Part shown: one piece after another, positions 54,198 to 61,958 of the stretch
Layout of the letters: every line of letters begins with the position of its first letter
How positions within the stretch are numbered: position 1 is the stretch's first letter
Source: Flavobacteriaceae bacterium
GTDB taxonomy: Bacteria; Bacteroidota; Bacteroidia; Flavobacteriales; Flavobacteriaceae
Direction: 5' to 3'
DNA: 64,000 bases
Assembly (NCBI GenBank): GCA_049595235.1
Contig: JBMYKI010000002.1
Span: 1,691 to 65,690 of the forward strand
Made by a program: the position numbers and the translations under genes
Notes under the pieces: generated by a model
The model's database searches: none
Told to the model about the DNA's origin: nothing
The model's input: only the letters and a program-made list of their open reading frames with translations

Positions 54198-56161
54198 CGG
54201 AAAAAGTTCCATACCAATCCGAAGCGCAACACAAAGTCTCTGTAAGGATAGTTGGGGGCTGATAACTTGGTATTCCCTTGCCATAATGCACTCAAATGGT
54301 CAGCGCGAATAAAAAGGCGGGTTTGTTTGATTTTCATATTGAAAAAGGCTTCCACTATCGGGGTGCCTCCTATTTGGGTTTGCTTTTGTAGCACGAACTC
54401 TGACAGAACTGGATTGTAAGCATCCGCATAGTATTGTGAATAATACTTGGCACCCAGCCCTATGTTCACGTAGGTCGCTTTGGCAAACCAATGATCGGCA
54501 TAGCGCAACGTAGCGCGTCCTACAAATTCTGGAATATGCAAAGGTGCTTGGCTTTGATCTATCTGTTGGTATAATAATTCTGATTCAAGTGCAAACTTAC
54601 CAGACTCTACACGCGTATCCCATTTCAATATTAAAAGATTTATGGCCTGATCCCACTGCTTGGGGAGTACTCGCATCGATTCAGGGTTGGCGTCTTGCTC
54701 AAAAAAAGCATAATCATCTAAACGAATAAGTTGTGCTGAGAGGGTTCCCAATTTGGAATGTTGAATGGCTCCGTACAGTGTGGTACGTGTGGTGCGCTGA
54801 ATATCTGTCGTCCAAGTAAAATCTTGATAGGCACTATGATAATGGGCAAAATTGAGCCCTGGGTATTGGTGTTGCCAGCGCAATCCACCGCGCAATTGAA
54901 AACTTTTAAACGCAGGAAAAAAAACATCCACCGAGGCTGTGTTTCCGAATCGGGCATTATCAAAAGTCTGTTCTAGTCGAGCGATGGTCTCTATTTTTTC
55001 GGACATAAAATGCAACTTGCCACCCAATGCAAATCCAGACTCTGACAAGCTTAGGTCATCGGATGTGTGCAGGGTTTGATAGTCATACCTCAATGAAGAC
55101 GCATAGGCCTCCATTTGGCCCCATTTGGCATGCTCAAACAGCGCATACACATCATGCCTTTGAGTAGCATAATGCATGTTATCAGAAACATCAGTGGAAG
55201 ACGCATGCAAAACCCCAAAAAAATCATTTTGGATATCTTGATCAAAAGTATGGGTTTGAGAATCGGTCTGAACCCTGTAGCCCAAGCGCAACAAAGGAAC
55301 AGGCACAGAGTCTTGGCTTTGCAAGACGGCGTAGTCTTGTTCAAGTAAATAGCGTTTTCCGGTAAATTGATTGATGGCATCTTCAAATCTTACAGATAAG
55401 CGGGCACGGTCTTCAAATTCAGGAACTTCGTTTAAAAAATCATCTACCGATGCTGCCGTAAGACCTCCATTCTCTTGTTGCTCCACTTTTTGATTGGCCA
55501 CTTGTAAACGCATGCGATAGCGACCGTTGGGGTTTTCGTATCGTGCAGAAATACGCAACTGACTCATACCAGTCAGCGAATGCTGATAGTGCCCCAAAGA
55601 ACGATGACCGCGATATGCGATAGAATAATTTAGACCTGGAGACAAGTTGGCCGTAATAAGCACATCTGTCGATTGACCTTGCTTGAATGTGGTCTTAAAA
55701 AACATGTCGGTCAAAGGGGTCGGCACATGGTAGTAGAACACTTCATCGGGCTGAAAAAACTGATCGTTTTTGGCAGTAAAACCCAAAGATGGTAAGGCAG
55801 TAGATGCTATAGGCTTAAGGCTCAACCGATTGATCACTTGTCCTGAATTGGCAAGTGGAAGGTGTTCAAAATCGTCTTTTCGCCTAAAGTTAAACCTATA
55901 TAGTTTTTGTGTGCTCAGGGTTGTATCCACATAGGTTGTATCTCGGTTTTGACTGATGATCAGATAGTCGGTAATAGGCTTGGTTTTTTCTATCTGTTGC
56001 CGTTCTCCTAGATCAAAACCACCAGAGAGACTATCGGTAGAACGAAAATCTCCATTTCTGTTTTCAGGAATTATTTTTTTGGGTCTTTCTAGAACTGGGC
56101 GTTCTTGTCCCCATGCGAAAGCACCCAAAAAAAAACCAAAAAGGAGCAGCAGTGACCTCAT
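54194..56161 (-). CDS. outer-membrane beta-barrel protein (Bacteroidota 'putative porin' type)
   Basis: Signal peptide MRSLLLLFGFFLGAFAWGQ, alternating beta-strand pattern, and a C-terminal aromatic residue (NFFR). ATG at 56161 chosen. Confidence 0.5.
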   Translation of the reverse strand: MRSLLLLFGFFLGAFAWGQERPVLERPKKIIPENRNGDFRSTDSLSGGFDLGERQQIEKTKPITDYLIISQNRDTTYVDTTLSTQKLYRFNFRRKDDFEHLPLANSGQVINRLSLKPIASTALPSLGFTAKNDQFFQPDEVFYYHVPTPLTDMFFKTTFKQGQSTDVLITANLSPGLNYSIAYRGHRSLGHYQHSLTGMSQLRISARYENPNGRYRMRLQVANQKVEQQENGGLTAASVDDFLNEVPEFEDRARLSVRFEDAINQFTGKRYLLEQDYAVLQSQDSVPVPLLRLGYRVQTDSQTHTFDQDIQNDFFGVLHASSTDVSDNMHYATQRHDVYALFEHAKWGQMEAYASSLRYDYQTLHTSDDLSLSESGFALGGKLHFMSEKIETIARLEQTFDNARFGNTASVDVFFPAFKSFQLRGGLRWQHQYPGLNFAHYHSAYQDFTWTTDIQRTTRTTLYGAIQHSKLGTLSAQLIRLDDYAFFEQDANPESMRVLPKQWDQAINLLILKWDTRVESGKFALESELLYQQIDQSQAPLHIPEFVGRATLRYADHWFAKATYVNIGLGAKYYSQYYADAYNPVLSEFVLQKQTQIGGTPIVEAFFNMKIKQTRLFIRADHLSALWQGNTKLSAPNYPYRDFVLRFGLVWNFFR

Positions 56162-56227
56162 ATAAACTTTGTGTAAAGGTAGATATTTCGTCACAATCCA
56201 CTCTGCTTTACACAAGACAGGTTTTGT

Positions 56228-56235
56228 TATTTTTG
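56228..56235 (+). promoter_or_regulatory. -7 box TATTTTTG, 5 nt before the rnhB ATG (leaderless candidate)
   Basis: Sequence reads TATTTTTG-TGGCT-ATG. Confidence 0.45.
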
Positions 56236-56240
56236 TGGCT

Positions 56241-56840
56241 ATGGCATTGGCAATACAGCATAGCAATCATATTGAATGCGGCACCGACGAAGCGGGTCGG
56301 GGGTGTTTGGCCGGCCCAGTCACTGCAGCGGCAGTCATATTGCCCCCTGATTTTTCGAATCCACAGCTAAACGATTCAAAAAAACTGAGCCACAAACAAC
56401 GTCAGTTGCTTGAAGTGGAAATCAAAGAAAAAGCATGGGCCTACGGAATTGCCCATGTGTCGCCTGAAAAAATTGACAGTATCAATATTTTAAACGCCTC
56501 CATAGAAGCCATGCACAAAGCCATCGAAATGTTGACCGTCAAACCCGCATTTATTTTGGTTGATGGCAACCGGTTTACGCCCTATCAAAACATTCCACAT
56601 GCCTGTATGATTAAAGGAGATGGTCGTTTTCTCAATATCGCAGCCGCATCGATCTTGGCCAAAACTGCCAGAGACGTCTATATGGAAAATCTACATCAAG
56701 AATACCCCCAATTTGGCTGGAATACAAACAAGGGGTATCCGACCCGCCAACACCGAGATGCCATTCGCCAACATGGCCCTACTCCTTGGCATAGAAAAAG
56801 TTTTGCTTTACTACCACGGCAAATGGAAATTGCCTTTTGA
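56241..56840 (+). CDS. rnhB: ribonuclease HII
   Basis: IECGTDEAGRGCLAGPV catalytic motif. ATG at 56241 chosen. Confidence 0.9.
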   Translation: MALAIQHSNHIECGTDEAGRGCLAGPVTAAAVILPPDFSNPQLNDSKKLSHKQRQLLEVEIKEKAWAYGIAHVSPEKIDSINILNASIEAMHKAIEMLTVKPAFILVDGNRFTPYQNIPHACMIKGDGRFLNIAAASILAKTARDVYMENLHQEYPQFGWNTNKGYPTRQHRDAIRQHGPTPWHRKSFALLPRQMEIAF

Positions 56841-56846
56841 GTTTTG

Positions 56847-56854
56847 TACTTTTG
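56847..56854 (+). promoter_or_regulatory. -7 box TACTTTTG, 5 nt before the ATG at 56860 (leaderless candidate)
   Basis: Sequence reads TACTTTTG-TCTTT-ATG. Confidence 0.45.
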
Positions 56855-56859
56855 TCTTT

Positions 56860-59265
56860 ATGCGTATCATTCTTTATTGCGGGCTTATTGCCATGCTTTC
56901 AAGCTGTAGTATCAGCCCTCCCAAGGCTGCGGATCCTTTGGAATATATCCCGCAAAAACCCATACTCGTACTCAAAACAGATAACCTAAGCAGTGTTGCT
57001 ACACACTTTACCAACACGCCCGAACTGACGGCTTTTTTTGCACCTGTACTGCGTACGCCGACCCATTGGGACTCCTTCGAAAACACCACCATAAGCCTTC
57101 ATGATGAAGGAAAGCAAGATTTTAAATATTTGTTGATGCATGCATACAAGGCGCAAGACAGCATCCCTCCACTGATAGGAGACACCTTGCGCTATGAAAA
57201 CCGAATGCTGGTACGCTTTTCTAAAGAAGATCAAACGCGCTTTGCTACCATTTGGAATCGGATGTATTTTGAGTCGGATTCCAAAATTGTTTTGGAAAAC
57301 AGCATACGTCTGCAAAAGAAACCCGCGAATAGCATCAATCCTCGCCTACAAAAACTTTATCACGCATCTTCGCAAGGAACAAAATTATTTCTCCACAGTA
57401 GGGCAAGTGATTTTTTGAGCACCCGATTTAAGGAAAAAATCCCCTTTGATATCGCAGGCTTTACAGACTGGACGGCACTAGATATAGACCCCAGCAAACC
57501 CACATTAAAAATCAATGTAACTGGATTGTTGAATTCAGAAAAATTATCGAAAGTGAATTTGGCAGAAGACCTAGAGTCCGACTTTATGCCCCTTCTGACC
57601 GACAGTCCTTTAAACATGTATGGCATACAGGCATATGCTTTTGAATACAATAAATTTTCTCAAAAAAGCAGACGCTACAGTGCGCAAGAAAACCTATCCT
57701 CTAGAACTCCGGACAGCTTGTTGGTTCAAGCCACATCGGTAGCCAAAGTACATCTACCATCGGGTACAATTGCAGTGGTGTCATACAATGACATTGAAGG
57801 ATTGGAGGCCCAGCTTGGTATGCAGGCTATGGAAACCCAAAAGATTCGCGATGTGATTCAGTATCGATTTGACAAAACGCACGCCAAAACGGCCTTACTC
57901 TCGCCGCTTCTTGAGTTGCCTGTACTAGAATATGCCGCGTTATTTAACGCCCAACTGATTTTAGCCCCCACAGCGCCGCTCATGGAAGAAGTTCTTACCC
58001 AACTCACCAATGGATATACGCTGGGTTCAGAGGAAGTATTTAACACCCTTGAAGATCAAATACCAAGTCGTTCTTCCTTTTTGCTGTTAGGTGTGGAGCC
58101 CGCATTTAGCCAAAACCTCAAAAAATGGCTGAAAGAAGAAATCCCTGTGGACGAAACGCCCGATCATCCCTACTGGCTAGGGGTAGGCAATGTAGCCAGT
58201 GGAGTAGCACAAATACAGCTACAGCAAATTGACAAACAGAAAACAACTACTTCTTCAAGACCCAAACTCGTATTTTCCACACCCTTAAAAGCGCCCATGG
58301 TTTCGCTTCCCCAAGGAGTTATCAATCACAGAGATGGATCGGTAGAATGGGTCGTGCAAGACACACAAAACACCCTTTACCAAGTGGGTGCCAATGGTAC
58401 GGTTTTATGGAAAAAAAACACCGATGGGAATATTCGGTTTCCCATCACCCAAGTGGACTTATACAAAAACAAAAGGTTACAATTGGCCTATACAACCGAC
58501 ACAAAATTTGAAGTTCTGGATCGAAATGGGAATGTTGTACGGCCTTTCTCCAAAGCCTTAAAAAATCCCTTGCCATTGGCCGTGTTTGATTATGACAAGC
58601 GCCGTGATTATCGTTTGGTTTTAGTCGCTCAAAAACAGCTTGAACTCAGAAACCGATCTTTTAAAAAAGTGAGTGGCTTTAATCGCACAAAAGTAGACCC
58701 AGCATATCCGCCGCAACATTTCCGTATAGGCAAACGCGATTATATTGCGATGGTTGAAAAAAGTGGACGCTTATTGCTATTGGACAGAAGAGGTAACATC
58801 CGAATCAAAACACCCGCTGATCTTCGGGTCGCCTCAGATGTACATGTACACCAAAACGGTTTTGTGGGCGTAGACCAAAAAAACAGGCTGTTTCGCATAG
58901 AAACTTCAGGCAAAATCAGCTATCGCACCCTTCCTTTTGAAACCTCATACAAAATTGCTGCGCAAGGTAAAAACTTGGTGCTGCTGAGCGAAAACAATAT
59001 AGAAATCAACGGCAGAAGTATTGAGATGGATTATGGGGTATACACCCAACCGAAAATCCATGTTGTAAACAACCGCGCCATAATAGGTCTTACAGACCTT
59101 CAGTCTAATAAAGTCTATTTGTTTGACAGAGACGGGGATCTTTTGCCACATTTCCCAATATTTGGATCAGGCCAGTCCGACGTGATGGCAGATCGAAAAG
59201 GTCAGGTATTTATAAGCGTACGAGGAGAGGAGGACCAACTGATGGTCTATCAACTTCCTCAGTAG
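56860..59265 (+). CDS. 801-aa lipoprotein of unknown function with a repeat-containing C-terminal half
   Basis: Lipobox MRIILYCGLIAMLSSC. The C-terminal half carries recurring L-x-D-R-x-G-x motifs (VLDRNGNVV, LLDRRGNIR, LFDRDGDLL) that suggest a beta-propeller. Confidence 0.55.
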   Translation: MRIILYCGLIAMLSSCSISPPKAADPLEYIPQKPILVLKTDNLSSVATHFTNTPELTAFFAPVLRTPTHWDSFENTTISLHDEGKQDFKYLLMHAYKAQDSIPPLIGDTLRYENRMLVRFSKEDQTRFATIWNRMYFESDSKIVLENSIRLQKKPANSINPRLQKLYHASSQGTKLFLHSRASDFLSTRFKEKIPFDIAGFTDWTALDIDPSKPTLKINVTGLLNSEKLSKVNLAEDLESDFMPLLTDSPLNMYGIQAYAFEYNKFSQKSRRYSAQENLSSRTPDSLLVQATSVAKVHLPSGTIAVVSYNDIEGLEAQLGMQAMETQKIRDVIQYRFDKTHAKTALLSPLLELPVLEYAALFNAQLILAPTAPLMEEVLTQLTNGYTLGSEEVFNTLEDQIPSRSSFLLLGVEPAFSQNLKKWLKEEIPVDETPDHPYWLGVGNVASGVAQIQLQQIDKQKTTTSSRPKLVFSTPLKAPMVSLPQGVINHRDGSVEWVVQDTQNTLYQVGANGTVLWKKNTDGNIRFPITQVDLYKNKRLQLAYTTDTKFEVLDRNGNVVRPFSKALKNPLPLAVFDYDKRRDYRLVLVAQKQLELRNRSFKKVSGFNRTKVDPAYPPQHFRIGKRDYIAMVEKSGRLLLLDRRGNIRIKTPADLRVASDVHVHQNGFVGVDQKNRLFRIETSGKISYRTLPFETSYKIAAQGKNLVLLSENNIEINGRSIEMDYGVYTQPKIHVVNNRAIIGLTDLQSNKVYLFDRDGDLLPHFPIFGSGQSDVMADRKGQVFISVRGEEDQLMVYQLPQ

Positions 59266-59957
59266 GTGAGCTTGGCTTCAAAAAGTTGCTCAAAGTGATG
59301 CATGATTTTCTTCTTGACCTCTTCTATTTCGATGGCTGTGTCTAGCTCCTGTGCCATAGAGGTAATGCCCTTGCCTTGAATGCCACAAGGAACAATATGT
59401 TCAAAGGCCGTCAAATCTGTATTAACATTGAGTGCAAAGCCATGCATGGTCACCCAACGACTGGCACGTACGCCCATGGCACAAATCTTTCTGGCAAAAG
59501 GGGTGCCTGTATCGAGCCAAACCCCCGTCTCTCCTGAGCTGCGTGTAGCCTGAAGTCCAAAATCTGCTAAGGTATTGATGATTGTTTGCTCTAACAGACG
59601 GAGGTATTTGTGAATATCTGTAAAAAAATGATCCAAATCAAGGATGGGATAGCCCACAACCTGACCTGGCCCATGGAAAGTGATGTCTCCGCCTCGGTCG
59701 ATTTTATAGTACTGGATGTTCAAATCTTCCAGACGTTGTCTGTCTAACAAAAGGTGCGCGTCTTTACCGCTTTTGCCCATAGTGATAACGGGTGGGTGTT
59801 CTACCAAAAGCAAGTGATTGGTGGTGGGTGTATGGGTGTTGTTTCGACGGTTGTGAATTTTCTGATCAATGGTTTGTTGAAACAGATCGCGTTGCAAATC
59901 CCAAACCGCCTGATAGTCTGCCAGACCCAAATCGCGAAACTGTACGTTTTTGCTCAT
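59259..59957 (-). CDS. lipB: lipoyl(octanoyl) transferase
   Basis: RGGDITFHGPGQ motif and KICAMGV catalytic Cys region. Confidence 0.9.
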   Translation of the reverse strand: MSKNVQFRDLGLADYQAVWDLQRDLFQQTIDQKIHNRRNNTHTPTTNHLLLVEHPPVITMGKSGKDAHLLLDRQRLEDLNIQYYKIDRGGDITFHGPGQVVGYPILDLDHFFTDIHKYLRLLEQTIINTLADFGLQATRSSGETGVWLDTGTPFARKICAMGVRASRWVTMHGFALNVNTDLTAFEHIVPCGIQGKGITSMAQELDTAIEIEEVKKKIMHHFEQLFEAKLTY

Positions 59958-59961
59958 AGTT

Positions 59962-60120
59962 TCAGTCCTCTGGCTTGTTTAGAATGACCAAGGCAGCTAT
60001 AACACCGGGTACCCATCCACACAAGGTCAGCAAGAACACTATGAGTACAGAGCCACAACCTCGATCCAAAACCGCGAGAGGAGGAAAAAAAATCGCTAAT
60101 AAAACACGTAGTAAACTCAT
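59962..60120 (-). CDS. Pmp3/YqaE-family proteolipid (52 aa)
   Basis: Own translation: MSLLRVLLAIFFPPLAVLDRGCGSVLIVFLLTLCGWVPGVIAALVILNKPED. Ends 4 nt upstream of lipB. Below the ORF-track cutoff. Confidence 0.75.
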   Translation of the reverse strand: MSLLRVLLAIFFPPLAVLDRGCGSVLIVFLLTLCGWVPGVIAALVILNKPED

Positions 60121-60126
60121 TTACAA

Positions 60127-60134
60127 CAAATATA
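60127..60134 (-). promoter_or_regulatory. -7 box TATATTTG, 6 nt before the pmp3-like ATG
   Basis: Minus strand reads TATATTTG-TTGTAA-ATG. Confidence 0.45.
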
Positions 60135-60171
60135 CAAACTCACAAATTGTAATAATCAAAACCCATATGAT

Positions 60172-60179
60172 TATCTTTG
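60172..60179 (+). promoter_or_regulatory. -7 box TATCTTTG for lysS
   Basis: Perfect TAnnTTTG, 19 nt upstream of the TTG at 60199, with TTG at 60148-60150 as a possible -33 element. Confidence 0.4.
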
Positions 60180-60198
60180 TGGCTAAAACCACATCTAT

Positions 60199-61890
60199 TT
60201 GGAAAGGTCAGAGCAAGAACAAATACGCATTGCAAAACTTCAGCAACTCCGCGCCTTGGGCATAGACCCCTATCCTGCTGCAGCGTTTGAAACCACAGAT
60301 GACAGCCAATCTGTAAAAAAAGATTTTACAGAGGGTAAAAATGTAACCCTTGCTGGTCGCTTGATGTCGCGTCGTATTCAGGGCAAGGCAAGCTTTGCCG
60401 AACTACAAGACGCCAATGGCCGGGTTCAGTTGTACTTTAACAGAGATATTCTTTGTCCAGAAGAAGACAAAACCACCTACAATGAGGTTTATAAAAAACT
60501 GCTTGACATTGGGGATATCATAGGTATTAGCGGCACATTGTTTACCACCCAAGTGGGTGAAAAAACCGTTCAGGTGGAAAGCCTAACGCTCTTGACCAAA
60601 ACCCTAAGACCCTTGCCCCTGCCTAAGACAGATGCCGATGGAAATGTCTATGACGCATTTACCGATGCTGAGCAGCGCTATCGTATGCGCTATGTGGATC
60701 TTATTGTGAACCCACAAGTCAAAGAAACCTTTGTCAAACGGACCAAAATCACCAACACCATACGTTCTTTTTTCAATGAAAAAAACTATTTGGAGGTTGA
60801 AACTCCCATACTACAGCCTATCCCAGGGGGTGCCGCTGCACGACCGTTTGTGACCCATCACAACGCACTCAATATGCCTCTATACCTTCGAATAGCCAAC
60901 GAGCTCTATCTCAAACGCCTGATTGTGGGTGGCTTAGACGGGGTATATGAATTTGCCAAAGATTTCCGAAACGAAGGCATGGATCGCACCCACAACCCTG
61001 AGTTTACTGTCATGGAACTCTATGTGGCCTACAAAGACTACCATTGGATGATGGAAACCACCGAGGCCCTATTGGAACGTGTGGCTGTCGAAGCCAATGG
61101 CAGTTCGGTTGCGCAAGTAGGCGATCATGCTATCGATTTTAAAGCACCCTATCCGCGTGTTCCCATCCTCGAGGCTATCAAAGAACATACGGGTGTAGAT
61201 GTGTCTGGAATGGATGAAGACGCACTTCGAAAAACTGCCCAATCATTGGGTCTAGAAACCGACGAAACCATGGGCGTAGGCAAACTGATTGATGAAATTT
61301 TTGGGGAATGTTGCGAGCACCACTACATCCAACCTACATTTATCACCGACTACCCCAAAGAGATGAGTCCGCTGACCAAAGCCCACAGAGACAAACCCGG
61401 CCTGACCGAGCGCTTTGAGCTGATGGTCAACGGCAAAGAATTGGCCAATGCCTACTCAGAGCTCAATGACCCCATCGACCAAAGAGAACGGTTCGAGGGC
61501 CAGCTTCGGCTTTCTGAAAAAGGCGACGACGAAGCCATGTTTATCGATCAAGATTTTTTACGCGCACTAGAATACGGTATGCCCCCTACTTCGGGGATAG
61601 GAATTGGCATAGACCGACTGGTGATGTTGTTGACCAACAACAGCTCTATCCAGGAAGTGCTGTTTTTCCCGCAAATGCGACCAGAAGTAAAAACACCTCC
61701 ACTCACAGATGAGGAAAAAAAGGTTTTGGCATTGCTCAAAAAACAGTCGCCCGTAGCATTAGAAGACTTAAAAACTGCTGCCGAACTGAGCAATAAAAAG
61801 TGGGACAAAACCATCAAAGGACTGACTGGCAAAAACTTAGCAAAAGTCAACAAAAGTCCCGAAGGGCTGTTTGTTGAAGTGGTAGGTTGA
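60199..61890 (+). CDS. lysS: lysine--tRNA ligase (class II) with a 69-aa C-terminal extension
   Basis: OB-fold N-domain and class II motifs (FRNEGMDRTHNPEFT, GIGIGIDRLVM). TTG is the only in-frame start that gives the conserved SEQEQIR N-terminus. Confidence 0.95.
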   Translation: MERSEQEQIRIAKLQQLRALGIDPYPAAAFETTDDSQSVKKDFTEGKNVTLAGRLMSRRIQGKASFAELQDANGRVQLYFNRDILCPEEDKTTYNEVYKKLLDIGDIIGISGTLFTTQVGEKTVQVESLTLLTKTLRPLPLPKTDADGNVYDAFTDAEQRYRMRYVDLIVNPQVKETFVKRTKITNTIRSFFNEKNYLEVETPILQPIPGGAAARPFVTHHNALNMPLYLRIANELYLKRLIVGGLDGVYEFAKDFRNEGMDRTHNPEFTVMELYVAYKDYHWMMETTEALLERVAVEANGSSVAQVGDHAIDFKAPYPRVPILEAIKEHTGVDVSGMDEDALRKTAQSLGLETDETMGVGKLIDEIFGECCEHHYIQPTFITDYPKEMSPLTKAHRDKPGLTERFELMVNGKELANAYSELNDPIDQRERFEGQLRLSEKGDDEAMFIDQDFLRALEYGMPPTSGIGIGIDRLVMLLTNNSSIQEVLFFPQMRPEVKTPPLTDEEKKVLALLKKQSPVALEDLKTAAELSNKKWDKTIKGLTGKNLAKVNKSPEGLFVEVVG

Positions 61891-61958
61891 CCTACTTTTC
61901 TTGCTATTTTCGAAATAATCACGCACCTTTATTGGCTATTTACTTTAAATCTTTTGTT

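Noticed and set aside
59975-60265. A 96-aa plus-strand ORF between lipB and lysS.
   Set aside because: The opposite strand encodes a convincing Pmp3/YqaE peptide, and the 3' part overlaps the lysS promoter and start. The basic, low-complexity translation is typical of a shadow frame.
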